In this document: positions 29,697-38,222 of the stretch, piece after piece | Layout of the letters: the number at the start of each line of letters is the position of its first letter | Position numbering within the stretch: the first letter of the stretch is position 1 | Assembly (NCBI GenBank): GCA_034521025.1 | Contig: JAXHMZ010000005.1 | Coordinates: forward strand, 197,176-261,175 | Reading direction: 5' to 3' | Length of the DNA: 64,000 nt | DNA from: Candidatus Campbellbacteria bacterium | GTDB taxonomy: Bacteria > Patescibacteriota > Minisyncoccia > Phycocordibacterales > JAXHMZ01 | Program-made: the position numbers and the translations under genes | The notes under the pieces: model-generated | What the model was told of the DNA's origin: nothing | The model's input: only the letters and a program-made list of their open reading frames with translations | The model's database searches: none

Positions 29697-32175
29697 ATTA
29701 GGACTCGGCACCACGTCACCCGCCGCCCTCCTAGACCTAGCCGGAGCCTTATCCATCAGAGAAATGTCAGCACCATCCACCGCACCGTCAGGACAGGGAA
29801 GAATATACTTTGACTCAAGCTCTAACACCTTCCAGGTGTCAGAAGACAGCGGAAGCTACGTAGATCTCGTTAACGCAGGCGGAGACATAGCTGGATCTGA
29901 CGGAGCTGTCCAATTCAACTCTTCCGGATCCTTTGGCGCCGACGACGCCAACTTCTTCTGGGATGATACGAATGACAGACTAGGACTAGGAACAAGCTCA
30001 CCCTCAGCTCGTCTCCACTCCCTCTCCACGACAGAACAACTCCGTCTCGGCTACGATGTATCCAACTACCTCTCAGCCACCGTCGGAAGTACCGGCTCCA
30101 CCACACTCGCACTAACGGGAACCTCACCTGAGTTCACTTTCTCCCAACTAACCAACTTCTCCGCGGGAGTGAACGTAAACGCCGAGACCATCACCGACTT
30201 CACCGGCACCGGCCTCACGCTCTCCACCAACGCTCTCACCGTAGACCAAACCGACCTTGACGTAGGAGGCTTCTCTACGTCGCTTACCGCTGGCTCCATC
30301 CCATTCTCCGACGGATCGAACCTTGCGCAGGACAACGCTAACTTCTTTTGGGATGACGGGAATAACCGTCTAGGAATTGGTACTGCTGTACCTAATACTG
30401 CACTAGATGTTGGCGGTCAAATAACTGTTTCAGGTAATCCTGCCATACTGGGTGATAACGGTTCGCTTTCCTTTACGGGTACTACATGGATCAGGTCCGA
30501 CAGCGGTCAAGGGGTAGCCCTTAGGGATAGTGCTAATAATGATGTTTTGTTAGCTGAGGAAGACGGTGATGTGATAATGAATCGAGGCAACGTCGGCATC
30601 GGGACGACGGGGCCGGGGACTAAGTTGGAAATAAATGACGAACGATGGGAAGATCTGGGGGGAGTTAAGTGGCAACAGTATTTTGGTACAAATTCTACAG
30701 GAGAAATGACCAGCGGAGATGGGCTTGGTATAAAGTTTGGAGCGGAAGGTTTCTCAGGGCAAAAAGCTGCGGGCATTGCTGCTGTTTCACCTAATAACAA
30801 TTATGCGAATTATATGGATTTGACGTTTTATACAGGCACTGAGTCTGTATTTACTGAAAAGATGCGTGTTGATTACACAGGCAACGTCGGCATCGGGACG
30901 ACGAGTCCTAGTGCGAAGTTGGACGTGAATGGCGCTACTCATATTAGCGGCAGAGTTGGCATAGGCACGACAAATACAAGTTTTGGTTCTATAGAGATAG
31001 GCAATGATGGCTCTACTTCCGGCATAGCTTTTAATGATGGTACAGGCACTTCCTTTAGAATTTATAGAAGTTCTAATATTGCTCATTTAAGTAGGGGAAG
31101 CACTTCGGCAATTGCAATTGATTCCACAGCCGATGTCGGCATCAAGACGGCGAGTCCCAGTTACGATTTAGAAGTGAACGGAAGTGCGGCCAAACCCGGA
31201 GGTGGATCATGGACAGACTCCTCGGACGAACGACTCAAAACCAATATCCAAGAGGTAGACGGAGCCCTGGACAAACTCACCAAACTCAACCCGGTAACCT
31301 ACGAGTGGAAGAACCCGGACCTACACGGCAACGTCGCCTCGGCCGGAGGTTTCCTCGCCCAAGACGTGAGAGAAGTATTTCCAGAATGGGTAAGTAAACA
31401 CGACGTTGATGGCGCCGACGCAGATCTCGTCGGCGAAGACGGACAAGCCTATTCTCTCCAGCTCCCATTCACCTTTAACGCCTATGTGGTGAGCTCGATC
31501 AAGGAGCTTGATCTGAAGGTGGATTCTATAGCAGATATGGAAAGTGAATTAGGAGAGTCCTTTCTCGATAACCTTATATCCGCGCTTGAGGAAAAAGTGG
31601 TTGCGGTGAAGGAGCTCATTGCGGACAGAATATCTACAAAAGAAATATGCTTACGTGACGAAACAGGCGAGACGTGTATAGATAGAGACGAGCTTGATCG
31701 ATTGTTAGAAGGAAACAGCCAAACAGGATCCGCGAGAAATACGGATAGCTCAAACAACGACGAAGGTGAAAGTGAAAGCAACGTCGATGACTCGGGTGGA
31801 AATAGCGAAGAATCTGACGGTGCCGAAGGAAGCGAATCTCCGGAAGAAGAAGGTGATAGCGATAATGGCGAGAGCGAAGAAGAGGGAAACTCCGAAGATG
31901 GCTCGGGAGAAGAAAATGAAGAAACAGGTCTGAGTGGAGAAGGTGAGGAAATAGAGGATGATGACGGCACTTCAGAAGAGGACGGAGCAGAAGAAGAAAG
32001 TGGTAACGAAGAAAACACGCAGGGGTCTGATCCAGAAACCGAAGACGAGTCAAGTACACAAGAGGGTGGTACAGACGGCACAGAAACCACAGATAGCACA
32101 GAGGAGAGTAGCGATGAAGAAAGTGATGCAGAGGCAAACGATTCGGGAGAAGAAAGTGGTACGTCAGAAGAATAG
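29146..32175 (+). CDS. Second modular fibre/adhesin (1009 aa) with S74-like intramolecular chaperone and acidic tail
   Basis: First ~190 aa identical to the 21204 protein; SDERLKTNI...LNPVTYEW...GFLAQDV..VFPEWV; EICL...TCI..DEL..LL; D/E/S/G tail. Confidence 0.82.
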   Translation: MKNFIKRPLPFLLVILAGFSLAVTALIAAPPASKYSPGETLDPTCAPGDTNCSVETNDVSSSTTDDLSEGSSNLYYTEARVSANSDVAANTTSRHNALSLGGSLDYLSLTGQTLTLNEIDVGTDTNLTAGSGVSLSSGTLDVDTSGINVGDLNTNFTTGSIPFSNGTNLTQDNTNLFWDDTNDRLGLGTTSPAALLDLAGALSIREMSAPSTAPSGQGRIYFDSSSNTFQVSEDSGSYVDLVNAGGDIAGSDGAVQFNSSGSFGADDANFFWDDTNDRLGLGTSSPSARLHSLSTTEQLRLGYDVSNYLSATVGSTGSTTLALTGTSPEFTFSQLTNFSAGVNVNAETITDFTGTGLTLSTNALTVDQTDLDVGGFSTSLTAGSIPFSDGSNLAQDNANFFWDDGNNRLGIGTAVPNTALDVGGQITVSGNPAILGDNGSLSFTGTTWIRSDSGQGVALRDSANNDVLLAEEDGDVIMNRGNVGIGTTGPGTKLEINDERWEDLGGVKWQQYFGTNSTGEMTSGDGLGIKFGAEGFSGQKAAGIAAVSPNNNYANYMDLTFYTGTESVFTEKMRVDYTGNVGIGTTSPSAKLDVNGATHISGRVGIGTTNTSFGSIEIGNDGSTSGIAFNDGTGTSFRIYRSSNIAHLSRGSTSAIAIDSTADVGIKTASPSYDLEVNGSAAKPGGGSWTDSSDERLKTNIQEVDGALDKLTKLNPVTYEWKNPDLHGNVASAGGFLAQDVREVFPEWVSKHDVDGADADLVGEDGQAYSLQLPFTFNAYVVSSIKELDLKVDSIADMESELGESFLDNLISALEEKVVAVKELIADRISTKEICLRDETGETCIDRDELDRLLEGNSQTGSARNTDSSNNDEGESESNVDDSGGNSEESDGAEGSESPEEEGDSDNGESEEEGNSEDGSGEENEETGLSGEGEEIEDDDGTSEEDGAEEESGNEENTQGSDPETEDESSTQEGGTDGTETTDSTEESSDEESDAEANDSGEESGTSEE

Positions 32176-32185
32176 CAGCAAACGT

Positions 32186-32349
32186 GTCAACCTGCCAGGT
32201 TGACTGATTTGGCTGAATGAACAACTTCGGAAGTTACTCAAAGTAATACTTATAAATTCTCCCTAGGTTAAACCTAGGGAGAAGGGGGTGGTACACCCGA
32301 AGAGAGGAGTGATGGGGCGGTAAAATGTCAACCTGGGAGGTTGACATTT
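32186..32349. repeat. Cluster of short REP-like palindromes
   Basis: GTCAACCTG-C-CAGGTTGAC (32186), AACTTC-G-GAAGTT (32223), TTCTCCCTAGGTT-A-AACCTAGGGAGAA (32257), AAATGTCAACCT-GGG-AGGTTGACATTT (32323). Confidence 0.85.
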
Positions 32350-32385
32350 AGGAAGCAAACGATTCTTAAGAATAATAATCTAATA

Positions 32386-32424
32386 GAAAAATCCCCGGCT
32401 GAAAGCGAAAAACAGCTCGGGGAT
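32386..32424 (-). terminator. Probable terminator after folA
   Basis: ATCCCCG-GCTG...CAGC-T-CGGGGAT stem with T-tract on the minus strand. Confidence 0.65.
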
Positions 32425-32433
32425 GTATAGTGA

Positions 32434-32922
32434 CTATTTTCTTTCTAGCGTCAAGAAAGTGAAGTTGTATCCGTTTTCTGACCCCTCCTCTTTCTCTACT
32501 AATCTGAATTCTTTTTCGTTGAAATTCGGGAAGAAAACATCTCCTTCGAATTCTTCCTCGATGATCGTAAGGTACAAACGATCGGCTTTGTGCAGTGTGG
32601 CTCGGTAGACCTCCTGTCCGCCGATGATGAAAACCTCATCACTGCCTTCGTTCTCTCTGGCTTTACTTATGGCTTCACTCGGAGTGCGAGCGACGGTAAA
32701 GTTACGTCCGTTGCCGTACATTTCGCCTGAAACCACGATGTTCGTTCTATTGGGAAGTGATCGCCCAATAGATTCGTAAGTTCTCCGCCCCATTATTACT
32801 GGGTGCCCGGTAGTCAGTCTTTTGAAGCGCTTAAGGTCAGAGGGAATATTCCACGGCATACGGCCGTCTTTTCCCAGTACTCGGTCTTTTTTCGTGAACG
32901 CGGCTATGATATTCAACGTCAT
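32434..32922 (-). CDS. folA: Dihydrofolate reductase
   Basis: MPWNIPSDLKRFK, IMGRRTYESI, LPNRTNIV, FIIGG, GDVFFP; ATGA overlap with thyA. Confidence 0.96.
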   Translation of the reverse strand: MTLNIIAAFTKKDRVLGKDGRMPWNIPSDLKRFKRLTTGHPVIMGRRTYESIGRSLPNRTNIVVSGEMYGNGRNFTVARTPSEAISKARENEGSDEVFIIGGQEVYRATLHKADRLYLTIIEEEFEGDVFFPNFNEKEFRLVEKEEGSENGYNFTFLTLERK

Positions 32923-33746
32923 ACCACCATTTCTGCCTTAATCGGCGGATGATGCTCGTAGTCGACGAGCTTAAAGTCATCCATAGAGAAGCCGTCGATT
33001 TCTTTGACTTCCGGATTGAGCCAAAGCTTGGGAAGGGGGAGCGGTTCTCTTTTCAATTGCTCCTCCACTGCCTCGAAGTGATCGTGGTAGATGTGGGCGT
33101 CATTGATCGTGATCGCCAATTCATCCGGCTCTAGGTTGCAAACTTGAGCAACCATAGAAAGAAGCAAGCCATAGCTTGCTATGTTGAAAGGAACGCCAAG
33201 GAACATATCTCCACTGCGCTGTGTCATCGCAAGCGAGATCTTGCCGTTACTTACGTAGAACTGAAAGAGCATATGGCAGGGAGGCAATGCCATCTTGCCG
33301 GTCTCCGCCGAATTCCACGCCGTTACGACATGTCGCCTGTTGTGGGGGTTGTTTTTGATCGACTCCAATACGTCTTTTAGTTGGTCGATCTCACCACCTT
33401 CCGGATCTCTCCAGCTTCTCCACTGAACACCATAAATACGCCCGAGATCTCCCGGGAATTGCGCTTTTGGTTGCCAGTAGTCAGCTTCGGCGTTAGCCGT
33501 CCAGATGGTTTTATCTTTGCCCGCGATCTCTTTGAGTCGATTATCGTCGTTTGATCCTTCTAAAAACCAAAGCAACTCTGAGGCTACCGCCTTGAATGCC
33601 AGCTTTTTAGTCGTGAGGGCGGGGAAAGAATCTCGGAGATTCGCTCGGAATTGAAGCGCGAAAAGAGAACGTGTGTTGCCATTCCTGCCATCTCTGTCTT
33701 CTCCGTTTTTGTATACGTCCTCGAGCAGGTCTAAGTATCTTCTCAT
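32919..33746 (-). CDS. thyA: Thymidylate synthase ThyA
   Basis: ELLWFL.G, IYGVQWR, LPPCH, QRSGDMFLGVPFNIASY, DAHIY; AAGGAGG SD. Confidence 0.97.
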   Translation of the reverse strand: MRRYLDLLEDVYKNGEDRDGRNGNTRSLFALQFRANLRDSFPALTTKKLAFKAVASELLWFLEGSNDDNRLKEIAGKDKTIWTANAEADYWQPKAQFPGDLGRIYGVQWRSWRDPEGGEIDQLKDVLESIKNNPHNRRHVVTAWNSAETGKMALPPCHMLFQFYVSNGKISLAMTQRSGDMFLGVPFNIASYGLLLSMVAQVCNLEPDELAITINDAHIYHDHFEAVEEQLKREPLPLPKLWLNPEVKEIDGFSMDDFKLVDYEHHPPIKAEMVV

Positions 33747-33841
33747 GATTCCTCCTTCTTATTAATTTCCTCTTCTATTGTACAGAACCGAGTAGGAAAA
33801 GAAAAATTCCCTGTTTTTTCGGGTCGGTTTAGAAAATAAAA

Positions 33842-33869
33842 AACTTCCCGTTAAGTTAAACGGGAAGTT
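33842..33869 (-). terminator. Hairpin overlapping the GGDEF gene stop codon
   Basis: AACTTCCCGTT...AACGGGAAGTT followed by a T-tract on the minus strand. Confidence 0.65.
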
Positions 33870-34441
33870 CGCTTGGACTTCTTTTCCTTTATGAGCATGT
33901 TGTCTGCTGCAATGTAGATCGCCTCTAGGCTGTGCAATCCTTTGGGAACGAACACGAATCCGTAAGAGAAACCAAAGCAGTGGTCAATTTCCCCATCGAA
34001 TTCATTTTGAAAGTATTGGCTGGCGGTTTTGGAAAAAAGGGCGGCAATTCGTTTGAATATCTTCCTGACCTCTTTTTCTGTATTCTCCATTCCCTCAGTT
34101 GTGAGTGCCAAGACGAACTCGTCGCCTCCGTACCTGCCTACCAGGTCTTCACGCTTTATGTTGTGCTCGAATGCTTTTGCAAGCAGTCGGATCAACATAT
34201 CACCGTAAACGTGCCCGTGGCGGTCGTTGACGATCTTCAGACCGTCCATATCGACCATGCAGATCACTTGAGATTGCCTGCGAAGTTTCTCGCGTACCTT
34301 TTCTTCCCAAGGTTTGCGCCGAAGGACGCCTGTCAGGTCGTCCCTTTCGAGCTCCTCGATCCTACTTTCGAGGATACCTATCTCAGACTTTAGACTTTTT
34401 ACTTTATTTTCAAGCAGTTCTTTCTCCAGATCTTGGATCAT
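33851..34441 (-). CDS. Diguanylate cyclase (coiled coil plus GGDEF)
   Basis: DDLTGV, DMDGLKIVNDRHGHVYGD, RYGGDEF, SYG, ADNML..K. Confidence 0.9.
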   Translation of the reverse strand: MIQDLEKELLENKVKSLKSEIGILESRIEELERDDLTGVLRRKPWEEKVREKLRRQSQVICMVDMDGLKIVNDRHGHVYGDMLIRLLAKAFEHNIKREDLVGRYGGDEFVLALTTEGMENTEKEVRKIFKRIAALFSKTASQYFQNEFDGEIDHCFGFSYGFVFVPKGLHSLEAIYIAADNMLIKEKKSKRTSRLT

Positions 34442-34589
34442 TTAAGTCCTTCTCCTTTTTTTTTCGTATCGAGAGAATTTTTCTCTGAGTTTTCTTTCGG
34501 GGCAGGGCTTTGTCTCTAGCTATTATTTAGCCATATTTTTTCGTATAAGTCAATGTAATTTGAATTTAATTTAGATAAAATAATTTTTC

Positions 34590-34811
34590 TTGACTTCTAA
34601 TAGAGCTTTCGCTAGTATACCTCTAACGCGTATGTAGCGCTGTTTTTGTTTGCTGTTATTTGGTATAATAGCAGGCGTTACCTAGCGGGTAATTCGTAAA
34701 ATTATTAGAAGAAAGCTAAATAGTGTAGAAAGGCTAGTCACGCTCACGCATTATCCTCTCTACATTATTAGATTAAAACGAGTTAAATTAACTCAAAATA
34801 AATAAAACGTT
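34590..34811 (+). promoter_or_regulatory. tuf promoter(s) and structured ~190 nt leader
   Basis: TTGACT-N17-TAGTAT (34590-34618); TGgTATAAT (34661-34669); stems 34648-34676, 34719-34769, 34780-34794. Confidence 0.6.
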
Positions 34812-36005
34812 ATGGCAGAAGAATTTGATAGGAGTAAACCACACGTCAACGTAGGTACCATCGGACACGTTGACCACGGTAAGTCAACTCTTACCGCAGC
34901 AATTACACACACCCTTCATATGAAAGGACTTGCCAAGAAGCAAGTTTCAGTGGAGGACTTGGACAAAAGTCCAGAAGAAAAGTCTCGAGGTATTACTATC
35001 TCGATTCACCACTCTGAATACGAATCAGAGAATAGGCACTACGCTCACGTAGATGCTCCCGGACACGCCGACTATATTAAGAACATGATCACTGGAGCCG
35101 CACAGATGGACGGCGCCATTCTTGTTGTAGCGGCTACGGACGGAGTTATGCCACAGACTCGCGAACACATCCTTCTCGCGAAGCAGGTTGGTGTACCTAA
35201 GATCATAGTATTCCTTAACAAGTGCGACATGGTTGAGGACAATGATCTAGTTGACCTCGTAGAAGAAGAGGTGCGTGAGCTCCTTACCGAACAAGAATTT
35301 GACGGAGAAAACGCTCCTATTGTTCGAGGTTCCGCTTTGAAAGCACTCGAAGCTGATTCCGAGGATGATGAATGGGTACAAAAAATACTAGAGCTAGTAA
35401 GCGCTCTTGATGAATACATTCCTACCCCCGAGAGAGAAACTGACAAGCCATTCCTTATGCCGGTTGAAGACATCTTCTCGATTGAAGGACGAGGTACGGT
35501 TGTAACCGGTAGAATTGAAAGAGGAGTAGTAAAGGTAGGAGGAGAGATCGAAATTGTCGGACTCAAAGACACCCAAAAGACCACAGTTACCGGTGTAGAA
35601 ATGTTCAACAAACAGCTTCAAGAGGGAATGGCTGGTGACAACGCCGGTATCCTTCTTCGCGGATTGAAAAAAGACGATGTAACTCGCGGTCAAGTACTCG
35701 CGCATCCGGGCTCTGTTACTCCGCACGATGACTTTGAAGCTGAAGTATATATCCTCAACAAAGAAGAAGGAGGACGTCACACGCCTTTCTTCACCGGATA
35801 CAAGCCGCAGTTCTATATCAGAACTACGGACGTAACCGGAGATGTTACTCTGCCGGAAGGAACCGAGATGGTTATGCCGGGAGATACCGTTACCTTCAAA
35901 GTTAAGTTGGTAGCGCCGGTAGCTCTCGAAGAGCAACAGCGTTTCGCTATCCGAGAGGGTGGCAAGACAGTTGGAGCCGGAGTTGTAACCAAGATCAACT
36001 CGTAA
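34812..36005 (+). CDS. tuf: Elongation factor Tu
   Basis: [44 protein letters not shown]. Confidence 0.99.
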   Translation: MAEEFDRSKPHVNVGTIGHVDHGKSTLTAAITHTLHMKGLAKKQVSVEDLDKSPEEKSRGITISIHHSEYESENRHYAHVDAPGHADYIKNMITGAAQMDGAILVVAATDGVMPQTREHILLAKQVGVPKIIVFLNKCDMVEDNDLVDLVEEEVRELLTEQEFDGENAPIVRGSALKALEADSEDDEWVQKILELVSALDEYIPTPERETDKPFLMPVEDIFSIEGRGTVVTGRIERGVVKVGGEIEIVGLKDTQKTTVTGVEMFNKQLQEGMAGDNAGILLRGLKKDDVTRGQVLAHPGSVTPHDDFEAEVYILNKEEGGRHTPFFTGYKPQFYIRTTDVTGDVTLPEGTEMVMPGDTVTFKVKLVAPVALEEQQRFAIREGGKTVGAGVVTKINS

Positions 36006-36025
36006 GATAGACACTTATCCTATTT

Positions 36026-36400
36026 ATGGCAGAGTCAACCAAAACAAAAAAGGAAACCAAAGAAGGAGCAAAAAAAGGAGCTAATCCGGAAGGCGTGGAG
36101 CGATTGCGGATCAAAGTACAAGCGTACGAATCCAAAATTCTTGATAATTCGGTCCGCCAGATAATCGATACCGCGGTACGTTACGACGCAAAAGTTCGCG
36201 GTCCGGTTCCTCTGCCTACCAACACCAAGAAGTACACGGTCAATCGTTCTTCGTTCGTACACAAAGACTCGCGTGAGCAATATGAAATGCGAACGCACCG
36301 CCGACTTATTGACATTCTCGAGCCGTCGGGTAAGGTGATCGAAGCATTGACGAATCTTTCGCTCCCGTCTGGTATTTCCATCGACGTAAAGATGATCTAG
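36026..36400 (+). CDS. rpsJ: 30S ribosomal protein uS10 (N-terminal extension)
   Basis: GPVPLPT, HKDSREQYEMRTHRRLIDI. Confidence 0.97.
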   Translation: MAESTKTKKETKEGAKKGANPEGVERLRIKVQAYESKILDNSVRQIIDTAVRYDAKVRGPVPLPTNTKKYTVNRSSFVHKDSREQYEMRTHRRLIDILEPSGKVIEALTNLSLPSGISIDVKMI

Positions 36401-36508
36401 AGCGAGCGGTCTGGTTTGTTCAAACTTATTGCGTAAACCTTACTTTTCTCTAAAAGTGCCTGATTTTTGATAGATCTTTGATCTATCGCTTGGCTAATAC
36501 AGAAAATA

Positions 36509-37123
36509 ATGAAATTTATCCTAGGAACAAAAGAAAATATGACTCAGCTCTTTCTCGAGAGTGGGAGCATGACACCTGTTACGGTCATCAAAGCTGAGCC
36601 GGCGGTGGTTACTCGCATTCGTGAGAAAGATCGAGACGGGTATGTAGCCGTGCAGATCGGCTCAGGAGAGAAAAAAGAAAAGAACATCTCCAAGCCGGAA
36701 AAGGGTCAATTCAAAGGGTTGGGTAACTTTCGTTATTTAAGGGAGTTTAGACTGCCCGAGTCGGAGGAAGTAGCGGTAAAAGAAGGTGATAGTGTTTCAC
36801 TGGATCAGTTTGAGACCGGTGACAAGGTTCGTCTCACCGGAGTTAGCAAAGGTAAGGGCTTCCAAGGAGTTGTGAAGCGACACAAATTTGCCGGTGGACC
36901 TCGAAGTCACGGTCAAAAGCACTCGGAACGAGAAGCGGGATCTATCGGAGCAACCGGTCCACAGCGCGTACTCAAGGGTACCAAAATGCCCGGACGAATG
37001 GGATCTGACACGATCACCGTTAAGAAAGCTTCGGTTGTGAAAGTTGACACGGATAATAATTTGATTTATGTAAAGGGAGCCGTCCCCGGACGCAAGGGAA
37101 CCCTTATTAAGATAACTGCATAG
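36509..37123 (+). CDS. rplC: 50S ribosomal protein uL3
   Basis: PVTVI, SKGKGFQGVVKRH, MPGRMG, KGAVPG. Confidence 0.97.
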   Translation: MKFILGTKENMTQLFLESGSMTPVTVIKAEPAVVTRIREKDRDGYVAVQIGSGEKKEKNISKPEKGQFKGLGNFRYLREFRLPESEEVAVKEGDSVSLDQFETGDKVRLTGVSKGKGFQGVVKRHKFAGGPRSHGQKHSEREAGSIGATGPQRVLKGTKMPGRMGSDTITVKKASVVKVDTDNNLIYVKGAVPGRKGTLIKITA

Positions 37124-37125
37124 GT

Positions 37126-37794
37126 ATGAAAGCGGATATTTATACAGCCAAAGGAGAAAAGAAAGGTAGCGCGACTTTACCAGAAGAGATCTTCGGACTT
37201 CCTTGGAACGCCGATTTGGTGCACCAGGTAGTTACTTCCATACAGTCAAACAGACGCACTCCCGTAGCACACGCCAAAGGAAGAAATGAAGTCCGAGGTG
37301 GTGGAGCCAAGCCTTGGCGCCAGAAAGGCACCGGAAACGCGCGACACGGTTCAATCCGTAGCCCTCTTTGGATAGGCGGTGGGGTTACACACGGCCCGCT
37401 AAAGGGGAAGGACTACACAAAGAAGATCAATAAAAAGATGAGGTCGAAAGCTCTCTTTACCATTCTCTCGAGGAAGCTCGTCGATGGCGAGATCGTTTTT
37501 CTCGAGTCTTTGTCCGAGTTGGACTCAGAAGGAAAAACCAAAGAAGCAAAGAATATAGTGGATACATTGTCCAAGGTGAAAGGGTTAGAAGGAATTTCTC
37601 GGAAAAAAGGTAATGCTGCGCTCATAGCGTTGGGAGACGCGTCCGCTGAAATAAAGCGAAGCTTTAAGAACATTCCTACGGTAAGTGCCCACGAAGTAGA
37701 GAATCTGAGCGCGCTTGACGTGTTGAATTACAAGTATATAGTGATCACTGATCCTGAGAGATCTATAGAATTTCTCAAGAGTAAAAACAATTAA
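37126..37794 (+). CDS. rplD: 50S ribosomal protein uL4
   Basis: KPWRQKGTGNARHGSIRSPLW.GGG..HGP. Confidence 0.97.
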   Translation: MKADIYTAKGEKKGSATLPEEIFGLPWNADLVHQVVTSIQSNRRTPVAHAKGRNEVRGGGAKPWRQKGTGNARHGSIRSPLWIGGGVTHGPLKGKDYTKKINKKMRSKALFTILSRKLVDGEIVFLESLSELDSEGKTKEAKNIVDTLSKVKGLEGISRKKGNAALIALGDASAEIKRSFKNIPTVSAHEVENLSALDVLNYKYIVITDPERSIEFLKSKNN

Positions 37795-37796
37795 TT

Positions 37797-38198
37797 ATGC
37801 CTTTGTTTGGACGAAAAGCGAAAACTGAAGAAAAGGACAAGAGTGCGACAGAAGTAGACAAAACTGAGGCAAGTAAATCTCAGAGTAAGGATAGTGCTGT
37901 ACTCCAGCCGGTCCTAAATTCTTTTAACCCAGGGTCGGTTATCCTCCGTCCTCACGTTACCGAAAAAGCGGCTATAGCCACCGACGACGGGGTATATGTT
38001 TTTGTGGTCGCTGAAGACGCGAACAAGCACAAAGTTCGTGAAGCCGTCAAGCAAACGTACAAAAAGACACCGCAAAAAGTAAGGATCGCCCGAAAAGCCG
38101 ACAAGCAAGTACGTCGTCGTGGCGGAATGGGTGTCAAAAAGGGGCTGAAAAAGGCCTACGTGTATATGAAAGAAGGGGAAACGCTTGATATTCTTTAA
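37797..38198 (+). CDS. rplW: 50S ribosomal protein uL23 (N-terminal extension)
   Basis: RPHVTEKA, YVFVV..DANK, KKAYV; operon position. Confidence 0.93.
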   Translation: MPLFGRKAKTEEKDKSATEVDKTEASKSQSKDSAVLQPVLNSFNPGSVILRPHVTEKAAIATDDGVYVFVVAEDANKHKVREAVKQTYKKTPQKVRIARKADKQVRRRGGMGVKKGLKKAYVYMKEGETLDIL

Positions 38199-38222
38199 AT
38201 ATTTTAAGTTTGTATTTTAATT

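Noticed and set aside
21204-32175. Prophage (tail-fibre-like genes)
   Set aside because: Both proteins have signal peptides, and no capsid, terminase, portal or integrase genes are present.
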